Source of the DNA: Candidatus Aenigmatarchaeota archaeon
GTDB lineage: Archaea; Aenigmatarchaeota; Aenigmatarchaeia; CG10238-14; SpSt-28
DNA length: 64,000 nt
Direction: 5' to 3'
Assembly (NCBI GenBank): GCA_039000725.1
Contig: JAWBNO010000001.1
Location: forward strand, 130,446-194,445
Shown here: piece by piece, positions 10,209 to 19,644 of the stretch
How the letters are laid out: every line of letters begins with the position of its first letter
How positions within the stretch are numbered: position 1 is the stretch's first letter
Notes under the pieces: model-generated
Told to the model about the DNA's origin: nothing
Seen by the model: only the letters and a program-made list of their open reading frames with translations
Database searches by the model: none
Translations under genes and position numbers: made by a program

Positions 10209-11639
10209 TTATTCTAGTATTATTGGTCTTATCTTTTCTTTACTTAATTCTTCAATCTGCTTTATCTTCGCTTCCAAAAAACTAATTTTGTTCGTAATAT
10301 TTTGAATTATATTCTCTGGGATGAGCTTTGTTTTGATTTCATCCAAAATTCTTTTAATATCTTCTATTTCTCTTTTAAAGGAATCAACTTCTTCTTTTGT
10401 TAAGTAATTCAAACTATCTTTCTTAATTTTTTCAATTTCTGTCAAAGATTTTTTAACATCCGCAACAAGATTAGAAAAATCTTCAACTCTAACATAATTC
10501 TTAAGGTCAAAACCTTCCTTAACTTTACTAATTTCATATATTTTGTTATCTAAGTTGCTCAAAGCCTTCATTAAGCCATTAATATCGACTGTAACTTTAT
10601 TTATTTCTTTCTCACTATTATCTAACCTTTTTTTAATATCAATTAGATCTTTTTCTAGATATTCGAATTTTTCTTTTTCTATAACATTTCTTTTAATATT
10701 TTCCAAATTAGAAGATAAATTTTCTACTACTTTTTTAATTTCCTCTAAATCGTTTTTTGAAGAGAACAATGAAAGTTGAGTAGATATTAGCTCGATGTTA
10801 GATTTTATTTTGTTTAAATCTTTATAAATTTCTTCCACTTTGGCCTCTATAATAGGTATTTCTTTTATTTTTTCTTTACTACCAGAAATGCTAGATATTA
10901 ACGAAATCGTTTCTTGCATTTTGTTTTCTATCTCACCTTTAATTTCAATGACTCTAGCTAAAACTTCTTTTATAACATCTGGTTTTAATAATTGAACATC
11001 TGAAAAAATTCTTTCAACCTCTTTGGAAATAGAAGAAAAATTTACTTTCATCAAGGCGACCTCATTTTCTAATTTAACAAAATCTGTAAGAAAAGACTCT
11101 GGTAGTCTTTTGTTCAATTCTTCTTCCATTTTTTTCTTAGTTTCGTCCAATTTCTCTAATTTTTCATTAACTTCTTGACTCACGACGCTAAATGATAAGG
11201 AAATATCTTCTATTTTTTTCTTCATTTCCTCTAATAATTTTTTAATGTTTTCTATCTCTTCATTTAAATTTCGAATTTTCTGTTTTTCATTTAGGTAATC
11301 CTCTTTTACTTTTTGTAATCCCTCTATATTTTGCATAATTTCAGATATTTTGTTGCCAATTTCAGATATTTTCTCTTCGTTTAACTTTTTATAATTTTCT
11401 ATCTTGCTTTCCAGCTCTCCAGTTAATTCAGTTTCGAATAAGTTTTTTAATTCTGTCAGAGAAGCACTTTCTATCAAAAATAGGTCTTCCAATTCTTCAA
11501 CTTTGTCCAAAATCTCTCTAACACTTATATTTTCCGTATCTTTAAGCTTTTCTTTAATTGAGGAAATTGCCATCTCTAATTCAACTAATCTTTTTTCCAG
11601 TTCTAGAATTTTTATTTTGAGGTTATTTTCTTCTACCAT
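10209..11639 (-). CDS. Long coiled-coil protein, function unknown
   Basis: 476 aa, extremely E/K/L/I/N rich with heptad-like periodicity throughout. No enzymatic motif seen. Confidence 0.6.
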   Translation of the reverse strand: MVEENNLKIKILELEKRLVELEMAISSIKEKLKDTENISVREILDKVEELEDLFLIESASLTELKNLFETELTGELESKIENYKKLNEEKISEIGNKISEIMQNIEGLQKVKEDYLNEKQKIRNLNEEIENIKKLLEEMKKKIEDISLSFSVVSQEVNEKLEKLDETKKKMEEELNKRLPESFLTDFVKLENEVALMKVNFSSISKEVERIFSDVQLLKPDVIKEVLARVIEIKGEIENKMQETISLISSISGSKEKIKEIPIIEAKVEEIYKDLNKIKSNIELISTQLSLFSSKNDLEEIKKVVENLSSNLENIKRNVIEKEKFEYLEKDLIDIKKRLDNSEKEINKVTVDINGLMKALSNLDNKIYEISKVKEGFDLKNYVRVEDFSNLVADVKKSLTEIEKIKKDSLNYLTKEEVDSFKREIEDIKRILDEIKTKLIPENIIQNITNKISFLEAKIKQIEELSKEKIRPIILE

Positions 11640-12168
11640 ATAATCTTCCTAATATAGTTAATTCTTCACCAATATTATATTTTTGATTATAGATAAATAA
11701 AAACCAAAAAGTAAGAACATAAACTCCCATAAAATATCTCCAAAGAAATATGTGCAAAAATTTAAATTCAACCCCAAAAAATACGGTAGAATATATAGTT
11801 ATTAAAATTCTTGATAAATTCACTAGTATAGTTGCGAATATAGCCACTATTATATACTTGTATTTACGTTTGAAGCGAACTGGAGTTGCAAGAATTAGTG
11901 CAATCAATATGTATATACTTTTCCATCCTGTCGAATCCCAAGAAATCTCAAAAAAGCTATTATTTAATATAACGAAATTTTCTTCTGTGTAAACATTAAT
12001 ACCTAAAATCGAAAAAGCTAAAGAAACTAATTTTGCTTGGAATACTTTGAATGATCTTACTTCAAAATTGTAAATAATCAAAAAATAAAAAGGTATTAAG
12101 AAGAGGAGTAAAACAACTAAAAATTCTAAAAATATTAAGTCTATTTTAGTCTTTCTTCTTCTACCCAT
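11623..12168 (-). CDS. Small polytopic membrane protein, exosortase/archaeosortase-family-like (ArtE-sized)
   Basis: 181 aa with several hydrophobic spans. EISWDSTGWKSIYILIAL resembles the sortase CSG region, and VNLSRILI resembles the N-x-x-R region. See the finding on the Ser substitution. Confidence 0.4.
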   Translation of the reverse strand: MGRRRKTKIDLIFLEFLVVLLLFLIPFYFLIIYNFEVRSFKVFQAKLVSLAFSILGINVYTEENFVILNNSFFEISWDSTGWKSIYILIALILATPVRFKRKYKYIIVAIFATILVNLSRILITIYSTVFFGVEFKFLHIFLWRYFMGVYVLTFWFLFIYNQKYNIGEELTILGRLYGRRK

Positions 12169-13172
12169 CTTTTTATTTCCTCCTTTAATACTTCTTTCAT
12201 CATCTTTTCAAATTTTTTTCTCTCTATCCCATAAATACCATCAAAATTAACTAAATCACTTCTCTTAACTAAAAATACTGGATATTTGATATGTTGCTGA
12301 TCTTTAATATCAACTTCTGTAAATAGAGCTTTTATGCCAAAACCTTTAAGTAAAGGAAATTTCTTTTCATCGTTAGAAAATACTAACTTGTTTTCTAGAC
12401 CTATGTAATAGTTAAGATCATAAATGTCATATTTATCTATATCTATTATTGCTAAAATATTCTTGATTTCTAAATCGTATATTTTTTTCAGTAGATTAAA
12501 GTATTTTTCAATTTTTAAAAACTTTTCCTTGTACTCTATTAATTCTGAAAAAATTAAATTTATTTTTCTATAGTAGTTGAGTTCTTTTTCTAGATCTTTT
12601 ATTTTCTTTTTCAATCTTAAATTTTCCTCAAAAAAACTTATTTGTTTAACTATTTCTTCTTTCTCAGATTCTTCAATTTTTTCTTCAGACCTAGATACTA
12701 GCCTTTCCAATATATATATTAAATTTTTTCTATAATCTCTGAAAAATTTATATACAACTTCATCATAAAATTCTACTAAATTTTTTCTTTCTAAAAAAAC
12801 CTTAATTGTCTCCAATCTTTTTTTAATCTTTTTATAAGCATAATAAGCTGCTGCAACGGCATCTCTTTGATGTTCATCCTTAACCTCAATTCCGATCTTT
12901 CTAACCATCTCTTCTTTTTCTTCAACCAACAAATCTCTTTTAGGTTTGATTACTCTACAACCAAAAGATGAGGCCACTTCTTTAATACTTTTGGGAATCT
13001 TTCTTTTATCTGTAGAAATAATTATTGGCCTGCCGAATTTTAAAATCTCGCTAATTATTTTTTCTCTATCTTCTCCTCTATAAGTTTTTAAAAAAACGAC
13101 ATTTCCATTAGTATCTAAGATTGCCACCCCAACATTTAAGCCAGAATCATAGCCAATAATCAAATTTTTCAA
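12141..13172 (-). CDS. DUF460/COG2433-like protein (predicted RNase H-fold nuclease N-domain plus coiled coil)
   Basis: 343 aa. N-terminus IIGYDSGLNVGVAILDTNG...PIIISTDK...HQRDAVAAAYYAY resembles the RuvC/YqgF-like fold family found in archaea. Confidence 0.6.
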   Translation of the reverse strand: MKNLIIGYDSGLNVGVAILDTNGNVVFLKTYRGEDREKIISEILKFGRPIIISTDKRKIPKSIKEVASSFGCRVIKPKRDLLVEEKEEMVRKIGIEVKDEHQRDAVAAAYYAYKKIKKRLETIKVFLERKNLVEFYDEVVYKFFRDYRKNLIYILERLVSRSEEKIEESEKEEIVKQISFFEENLRLKKKIKDLEKELNYYRKINLIFSELIEYKEKFLKIEKYFNLLKKIYDLEIKNILAIIDIDKYDIYDLNYYIGLENKLVFSNDEKKFPLLKGFGIKALFTEVDIKDQQHIKYPVFLVKRSDLVNFDGIYGIERKKFEKMMKEVLKEEIKRWVEEERLK

Positions 13173-13832
13173 TTAATCACCCTTATACTCAAAATCTATT
13201 ATTTTTTTAATTTTTTTTGATAATTTTTCTCCAATTCCGTCTATCTTCATTAAGTCTCTTTCGGAAGCTAAAACGAAATTCCTTATACTCTTAAATTTCT
13301 TTATTATTCTTTCACTCAAAACTAAAGAAATTCCAGGAAAAGATGACAAAATTCTTTTTTGAATATCTACTAAATTTTCTTCTTTCTTTCTTATTCTATA
13401 TGAGAAATAGTTTTTCTTTCCACTATCATTTTCTTTTTTCAAAATCCAGTATATTAATTTTGCCGACTCCATTTTACTTTTAGTAAAAATAACACTTATC
13501 TTGTTTATAGCTAAATAACCTAAAATAGAAAGATAGTAATTTTCGTTTACTCTTTCCACATTTTCAAAACCCTCCACTATAATAATTCTCTTTTCATATG
13601 TTTCTATCATTTTTTTAGTTTGATGAAATATTCTACCATCCAAAATGGAAGAAATAAAATCTGAGAATGTTTTTCTTTCTATTCCTATATCATTATACAC
13701 AAAATCGCATACATCCAACTTAACAATATTTACTTTTATTCCAAGTTTTTCTAATAGCTCTATAATTTCTTTTTCTCTATAATCTGCAAATATTTGAATA
13801 TCTTTTGTTGGTAAGCTAAATTGTCTATCCAT
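13173..13832 (-). CDS. hef: Hef/XPF-type ERCC4 nuclease domain protein with C-terminal HhH2
   Basis: ERCC4 motif ADYREKEIIELLEKLGIKVNIVKLDVCDFVY..IGIERKTFSDF, and a C-terminal helix-hairpin-helix (LMKIDGIGEKLSKKI). I place the start at the ATG at 13830-13832; the track's TTG start is 12 nt further upstream. Confidence 0.8.
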   Translation of the reverse strand: MDRQFSLPTKDIQIFADYREKEIIELLEKLGIKVNIVKLDVCDFVYNDIGIERKTFSDFISSILDGRIFHQTKKMIETYEKRIIIVEGFENVERVNENYYLSILGYLAINKISVIFTKSKMESAKLIYWILKKENDSGKKNYFSYRIRKKEENLVDIQKRILSSFPGISLVLSERIIKKFKSIRNFVLASERDLMKIDGIGEKLSKKIKKIIDFEYKGD

Positions 13833-13834
13833 AC

Positions 13835-15358
13835 TTACAACCAATCCATTAAAGTCTTCTTTTTAATTAAGCCGTCTTTAAACATTTTCAAAGTTTTTTT
13901 CATTTTCTTTTCCTTATAGTAAGAAGAAAAGAAATACCCCTCATCGATACTTTTTTTAGTCAATAAAAATATAACTTTTCCCTCTGTTTGTCTCCCTATT
14001 CTTCCTCTTCTTTGAATAGCTCTTATTTCGCTAGGAACCGCCTCATAAAATATTGCATAATTTACTGCAGCTATATCTAAACCCTCTTCACCTATACTAG
14101 AACAAACCAAAACGTTGAATTCGTTGTTGGCAAATCTTCTAACTATTTCTATCTGCTGCTTTTGACTTAAACCTTTTCCCTCTTTCTTAGCTTGTCCTAT
14201 TAGCATCTCGGCTTTAATTCCGTTTTCTTTTAATAAATTGGTAATTCTTTCTACAGTATCTCTTAGGTTGGCGAACACAATAATCCTGACATTGGAATTT
14301 TCCTTAATTAGAGATTGTACTATCTCGATTAACTTTTTCATTTTTGGGTGCAATTTATATTTTTCTTCTAATATTGGCAACATTTTGTATATTTCTATAA
14401 ACTTTTTGTTGGATGCTAAAATTTTTTCAGCATGTTTTTTACTAGAATAAAGCTCCTTAACATACGATGAAAAAACACTAATATCTTGAGTTTCTAAAAG
14501 CTCTATCAAATAAAGAACTTTAATTGCTTGAGTTACTCTAATCATACCTAAAACGTATTTTTGATCCTTAATACCAGCTTCATAACTTTTGATTAAACTT
14601 TCTTGTAGTGTCAAGAGTTCTTTCTTACTTACATCTTTTGAGGTAATTATTGAATTTTGTTTCAAACTTTCTAAAATTTCGTCATAAATTTCATATAAAA
14701 TTTTTCTTACATATTCCATCTCTTCTGGCAAATCAACTTTAATGTACTCCTTTTCCACCTCCTTTATATATGGTTTAACATCTCTATCTTGTTCCGTCCT
14801 AATTTCTACAAATTTTATAAAAAGGTTTCTCATAACTTCTCTTATTCTTTCTTCTTCTCCTCCAGGAGATGCTGTTAATCCTATTATCAGTGGGTTTTCT
14901 GCTTGTGTAATATAAGCTTTAGCAACTTCTGTATAGGAATATTCTTTAACAGCTCTGTGGGCCTCGTCAAAAACTGCTAGAACAAAATCTTTGAGATTTA
15001 TTCTTCCATTTTTAATGTCATTATCTATAGTTTGTGGTGTTGCAATTATGACTTTACAATTCTCATAGAAAATCTTTCTTTTATCAGGTTTAATTTTTCC
15101 TGTAATTAAGCCGATTTCTTTTTCATCTAAGTCGGTAAATTTTAAAAAACTTCTAAAATGTTGTTCGTTTAAAGGTCTGGTTGGTGCCATAAACAAAATT
15201 TTTCCATTTGAATATTGTTCTAACCTTTTTACTGCAACATAAATTGCAATAATTGTTTTACCTAATCCTGTAGGTAAAACAACTAAGGTATTACCTTTTA
15301 AACATGTTTCAGCTATATTTTTTTGATATTCTCTCAACTCTATATCCTTAAGTTTCAT
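13835..15358 (-). CDS. hef: Hef-type SF2 helicase domain protein
   Basis: 507 aa. Helicase motifs PTGLGKT (I), FDEAH (II), TASPG (III) and QRRGRIGR (VI). Confidence 0.8.
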   Translation of the reverse strand: MKLKDIELREYQKNIAETCLKGNTLVVLPTGLGKTIIAIYVAVKRLEQYSNGKILFMAPTRPLNEQHFRSFLKFTDLDEKEIGLITGKIKPDKRKIFYENCKVIIATPQTIDNDIKNGRINLKDFVLAVFDEAHRAVKEYSYTEVAKAYITQAENPLIIGLTASPGGEEERIREVMRNLFIKFVEIRTEQDRDVKPYIKEVEKEYIKVDLPEEMEYVRKILYEIYDEILESLKQNSIITSKDVSKKELLTLQESLIKSYEAGIKDQKYVLGMIRVTQAIKVLYLIELLETQDISVFSSYVKELYSSKKHAEKILASNKKFIEIYKMLPILEEKYKLHPKMKKLIEIVQSLIKENSNVRIIVFANLRDTVERITNLLKENGIKAEMLIGQAKKEGKGLSQKQQIEIVRRFANNEFNVLVCSSIGEEGLDIAAVNYAIFYEAVPSEIRAIQRRGRIGRQTEGKVIFLLTKKSIDEGYFFSSYYKEKKMKKTLKMFKDGLIKKKTLMDWL

Positions 15359-15772
15359 CTAATCACCTATAATAGTAATATAAACTTTTCTTTCTCTTGG
15401 TTCAAAAAGTTCAATTAAAATTATTCTTTGCCATTGTCCTAAAATGAGTTTCCCGTTTTCTATAGGTATAACTAAATTTCTTGAAATAGTCAAATTTTTT
15501 AGATGCGCAGTAGCGTTAATGTTTCCTTCATATGAATGACTATATCTTTCATTTAAAGGAAGCATTTTTTCTAAAAAATTTTTAATATCTTCAAAAATTG
15601 TTTCATCGTTTTCTTGAATTAGTAGTGCTGCTGTATTATGTTTTAGAAAGAGAGAAATTAAACCATTATTTATTTTTGATTTTTTAACTTCTTTTTCAAT
15701 TTCGTCAGTTATGTCTATTGTATCGTAATAATTTTTTGTTTTAAATTTTAGTTCTTTTTGATAGATCCTCAT
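15359..15772 (-). CDS. YjbQ/UPF0047 family protein
   Basis: 137 aa. Contains HNTAALLIQENDE...INATAHLKN...GQWQRIILIELFEPRERKVYITIIG, typical of UPF0047. Confidence 0.8.
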   Translation of the reverse strand: MRIYQKELKFKTKNYYDTIDITDEIEKEVKKSKINNGLISLFLKHNTAALLIQENDETIFEDIKNFLEKMLPLNERYSHSYEGNINATAHLKNLTISRNLVIPIENGKLILGQWQRIILIELFEPRERKVYITIIGD

Positions 15773-15800
15773 AATTTTTAATTCGTTTTTAAAACTAATT

Positions 15801-16475
15801 ATGAAAATAGTTATCTCTATTGGTGGTTCTCTGCTTACTAAAGAAATTTCATGCAGAAATTTTAAAAATTATGCAAAAATAATCCAAAAAATATCCAATA
15901 ATAATAAGATTATAGTAGTGTGCGGTGGTGGAAGTATAGCCAGACAATATATAAAGATTGCTAAAATTTGTAAATGTAAAAGAGAAAATCAAGATTTTAT
16001 AGGAATAATGGCTACTCACCTAAATGCGTCGACTCTTTACTCACTCCTTAAAAATGCATATTTAATAAAATGGAAGCCTCTAAAGGAGGCAGAGAAAGAA
16101 GTTAAAAAATATTTTGGTAAAAAGATTTTAGTTGCTGCTGGTTATGATACTAAACACTCTACAGATTATAATGCTGCATATTTTGCTTCCATAGTTAATG
16201 CAGATATAGTCATAAATGTAACTAATGTTGATGGTGTTTATGATAAAGATCCGTCAAAGTATAAGAATGCTAGAAAATTTGAATTTTTAAGCTATGACGA
16301 TTTTATAAAAATAGTTTCTAAATTGAAACAATCTCCTGGAGAATATAGATTATTTGATATTGATGCTGCAAAAATTTTGAAAAAATATAAAATTCCTTTG
16401 AAAATAATAGATGGTCGAAACCCTAAAAACATAGAAAAGGCTTTAAAAGAAAATATAGGAACACTAATAAAGTAA
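15801..16475 (+). CDS. pyrH: UMP kinase (archaeal type)
   Basis: 224 aa. Amino-acid-kinase fold N-terminus MKIVISIGGS, then VVCGGGSIAR and DGVYDKDP. Confidence 0.85.
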   Translation: MKIVISIGGSLLTKEISCRNFKNYAKIIQKISNNNKIIVVCGGGSIARQYIKIAKICKCKRENQDFIGIMATHLNASTLYSLLKNAYLIKWKPLKEAEKEVKKYFGKKILVAAGYDTKHSTDYNAAYFASIVNADIVINVTNVDGVYDKDPSKYKNARKFEFLSYDDFIKIVSKLKQSPGEYRLFDIDAAKILKKYKIPLKIIDGRNPKNIEKALKENIGTLIK

Positions 16476-16517
16476 TTCTATAAACCCATTAAAAGAATCT
16501 ATAAGAAATTAATTTAT

Positions 16518-16613
16518 GCTGGGGTCGCCTAATCAGGTAGGGCGCCGGCCTCGAGTACAAAAGATAGCCGGTGGGGCTTTGGCCCTGTGTGGGTTCAAAT
16601 CCCACCCCCAGCG
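16518..16613 (+). tRNA. tRNA-Ser (anticodon CGA) with a short intron at the canonical 37/38 position
   Basis: Hand-folded. Acceptor gctgggg/ccccagc with G73. Anticodon stem ccggc/gccgg with loop ct-CGA-g...a. About 10 nt (16556-16565) interrupt the loop. Long variable arm tggggctttggccctgt. T arm gtggg-ttcaaat-cccac. GC-rich island. Confidence 0.85.
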
Positions 16614-17284
16614 AGATTTTTCGGATAAAGGTTTTTATAAAATTAAGTCGCAAAATAGTTACCTGAATTTCTTAAAAAATCAAAAATTTTAAACATTATT
16701 AAACAATTTACTTTACTATTTTCTTTGTAGTGTTTTTCTTAAATCCTCCATCACTTCTTTTACACTCTCTGAAGTGATAGCTAACTTAATTGCTTCTCGA
16801 CTATATCTTTTTCAAATCTGTATTTTTTAACTTTTCTACTGAAGTTCAGCTAAACCATCTAATAAAGTAGATTTTCTTTCAAAATTTGGTCATCTACATA
16901 TTGATGGTAAAAATTTACTTTTTACAATTTATTAATCTATCAAAAAGTTATTATAGCTTTTTCTTTTTAACTTATTCTTTCTATCTTAAGAGAATAAGAA
17001 GGACTATGTATTAGAAGTGAAGATATACTTATCTAACTCTATATTTTATTTAAAATTATTATTCTAAAGAAAGACTCTATAAAATATTGGATGCTCTTGC
17101 AATTTTTTCATTTCTTTAAAATATTTCTTCATAAAACTATTATACGTCTCATTAAAATGCTTAGATGAATAATACTTCTTATTAGATTAAATTACTTTTT
17201 GTAATAATACGTGCTGAAAACGTTGAAATATATAACCTTATAGTAATCTTAACAATTTTTATAATCTCGCTAATAAATCTTATT

Positions 17285-17935
17285 ATGGTAAGATTATCTA
17301 CAGGTTTTGTAATAGTTGGTGCATATGCAAAGAAATTGAGAAAAACCCTTTTTGCGCAACTTAAAGAAAAAATGAAAGATAAAGAAATCGCTAGTAAATT
17401 GGCTTATGCTTCAGCCCAACTAAATAAGCTTCTTTTTGAAGTTATAGTGAATAAATTAAAGCTAGAAAAAGGAGATCTGGTAAAAATAGTAATAGAGTAT
17501 GAATTTGATGAAAACAATAAAGAAGTTAATTGGAAATATGATACTTTAAAAATAATTAGCTATAAAAAAGTTCCTCAGGAAGAAATAGAAAAACATTTAG
17601 AAGAAACATTAAAAGAGCTAAAAGGTGAACCTATCTTTACAATTGAAAAAATTGGAGAAAGCGCTGATGGAGATTTGATTTTTTCTGTACTTAGTAATAA
17701 TAAAGATGTTGGTATAATGGTAATTACTCCGCTAGATGAAAAATCCTATCTACTAAAAAAAGCAGTTGTTGTAGATAAAGAGGCTTTTGAAATAGAAAAA
17801 GTTAAATTGGAAGAAGTAGAATCACTGTCTGAAACTTTAACTAACATAGTAAATTTTGAAACTAGTTTAAGAAAAACGATAAATAAAGAAGAAGGTTTAA
17901 ACTTAATAAACATGATAAAGAAAAAATTAAGTTAA
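17285..17935 (+). CDS. Hypothetical protein
   Basis: 216 aa ORF with normal coding composition. No motif recognised. Confidence 0.5.
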   Translation: MVRLSTGFVIVGAYAKKLRKTLFAQLKEKMKDKEIASKLAYASAQLNKLLFEVIVNKLKLEKGDLVKIVIEYEFDENNKEVNWKYDTLKIISYKKVPQEEIEKHLEETLKELKGEPIFTIEKIGESADGDLIFSVLSNNKDVGIMVITPLDEKSYLLKKAVVVDKEAFEIEKVKLEEVESLSETLTNIVNFETSLRKTINKEEGLNLINMIKKKLS

Positions 17936-18607
17936 CTTTGGCATTAATTCAACCTCTTCAAAAATTAAATTTCCAGAATAATTTTTGTAGATTTTTTTAG
18001 AAGATTTTATTATAATTTTTTTTCTAAAATTTGGCGCATCCAAAACAAAAGTTTCATATTCTCCTCCTTCACCACTTGGATTAATCCCAAATTTAGAACT
18101 AAGAATCTTCATATCCTCTATAAATTTTTCATCAATTTTTCTTCCTAAATAAGATTCATCTAAAGGATAAGCAGCAATTCCGGTTATTATTGCATCTATT
18201 TTTAATCTTAAAATTTCTTCCAGAACTTCAAATTCATTAACTTGCCACAAAGGAGTAACAAACTTTATTCCAAATTTTTCACAAATCTTTTTAAATTTTT
18301 CAAACTGAAATTTTGACTTTATTACACCACAAACAATTCCTTCTATTTTATATTCGGAAATAGCTATATTTAATAAATTTTCTAAAGTTTTAATTTCATT
18401 ATTTGCATCACTTTTTTCTTGAATTAAAGGAATCCCCATAGCTTCAGCTTGGTATTTTACAAATTTTGTGTTTGGATAATGAAAAAAATAGCTTTCTTCT
18501 GAAGAAGGAATTATATTTATCAAACATTCTATAGAGTTTTCCTTACTAGCTTTTAAAATAGCCAAAGTAGAATCTTTTCCACCAGAATATATTGCCGCTA
18601 GTCTCAT
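17927..18607 (-). CDS. Diphthine-ammonia ligase-like ATP pyrophosphatase (MJ0570/DUF71 family)
   Basis: 226 aa. PP-loop at the N-terminus (AAIYSGGKDST) and GEGGEYETFVLDAP near the C-terminus. Confidence 0.75.
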   Translation of the reverse strand: MRLAAIYSGGKDSTLAILKASKENSIECLINIIPSSEESYFFHYPNTKFVKYQAEAMGIPLIQEKSDANNEIKTLENLLNIAISEYKIEGIVCGVIKSKFQFEKFKKICEKFGIKFVTPLWQVNEFEVLEEILRLKIDAIITGIAAYPLDESYLGRKIDEKFIEDMKILSSKFGINPSGEGGEYETFVLDAPNFRKKIIIKSSKKIYKNYSGNLIFEEVELMPKLT

Positions 18608-18681
18608 TTTATTATTTTAATATCAGTGAAAAAACCTTATCCTTTTTTAAAATTATATATTAAAATTTTAAAATAAACTCT

Positions 18682-19611
18682 ATGAAAGTATTGGTAACTG
18701 GAATTGCCGGTTTTGTTGGTTCTCATATTGCTGAAGAATTAATTAAAAGAGGTTTCACAGTTTATGGAATAGACAATCTACATACTGGTAACATCGAGAA
18801 TATAAAAGAGATGAATATCGATTTTATTGAAGGTAGAGCTAAGAAAATTATAGAAATTAATGAAAAGTTTGATATTATATTTCACAATGGAATTTATTCT
18901 TCAAGTCCTATGTATAAAGAAAACCCCTTTCTTGTTAATGAAGTTATAGAAGATATGATTGCTATTTTAGAGTATGCAAAGAAAAATGGCTCTAAAATTA
19001 TTTTAGCTTCAACCTCTAGCCTATATAATCAAAATCCAATTCCCTGGAATGAAGATATGGAAATAAAAGTTACAGATTATTATACTGAAGCGAGATATGC
19101 ATGCGAAAGATTATGTCAATTATATTCAAAACTTTTCAAAATTAAATGTATTTCTTTAAGATACTTTAGTGTTTTTGGAGAAAGAGAGGAATATAAAAGA
19201 AAATATGCGAATGTGATAACTCAAATGATTTGGTGTGGCTTAAAAGGAAAAGAATTTGAAATTTTCGGAGATGGAAACCAAAGTAGAGATTTAATTTATG
19301 TAAAAGATGTAGTTGAAGCTAATATAAAAGCTATGAATTTTGAAGATTTTGATGAAAAATATTTTGAAGTTTTTAATGTTGGCTCTGGAAAAAATTATTC
19401 CTTTAATGAATTGGTTGAAATAGTTAGAAAGTTTTTAGACTTAAAAGTAAATTATAAGCCTAATCCTTTATCAAATTACGTTTATCATACTTTAGCAGAT
19501 ATCAAAAAATCTAAAGAAATACTCAAATTTGAAACTAAATTTGAAATCGAAAAAGTTATACCAAAAATAATAGAATACTACAAGAAGAAAATAGAAAAAA
19601 TAATAATATAA
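18682..19611 (+). CDS. NAD-dependent sugar epimerase/dehydratase (SDR, UDP-glucose 4-epimerase-like)
   Basis: 309 aa. Rossmann motif VLVTGIAGFVGSH and a YxxxK-type catalytic region (YTEARYACE). Confidence 0.85.
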   Translation: MKVLVTGIAGFVGSHIAEELIKRGFTVYGIDNLHTGNIENIKEMNIDFIEGRAKKIIEINEKFDIIFHNGIYSSSPMYKENPFLVNEVIEDMIAILEYAKKNGSKIILASTSSLYNQNPIPWNEDMEIKVTDYYTEARYACERLCQLYSKLFKIKCISLRYFSVFGEREEYKRKYANVITQMIWCGLKGKEFEIFGDGNQSRDLIYVKDVVEANIKAMNFEDFDEKYFEVFNVGSGKNYSFNELVEIVRKFLDLKVNYKPNPLSNYVYHTLADIKKSKEILKFETKFEIEKVIPKIIEYYKKKIEKIII

Positions 19612-19644
19612 AAATTTTTTATTAAATCATTCGAATAATATTTA

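Noticed and set aside
8207-11992. Track ORFs 8207-8389(-), 9946-10167(+), 10543-10779(+), 11404-11643(+) and 11750-11992(+)
   Set aside because: Each is nested antisense within a longer, motif-supported or clearly coding ORF.
16614-17284. The gene-free tract considered as a structured ncRNA gene (SRP RNA, RNase P RNA)
   Set aside because: Every confirmed stable RNA in this window is a sharp GC island, whereas this tract is as AT-rich as ordinary spacer. No conserved SRP or RNase P motifs were seen.
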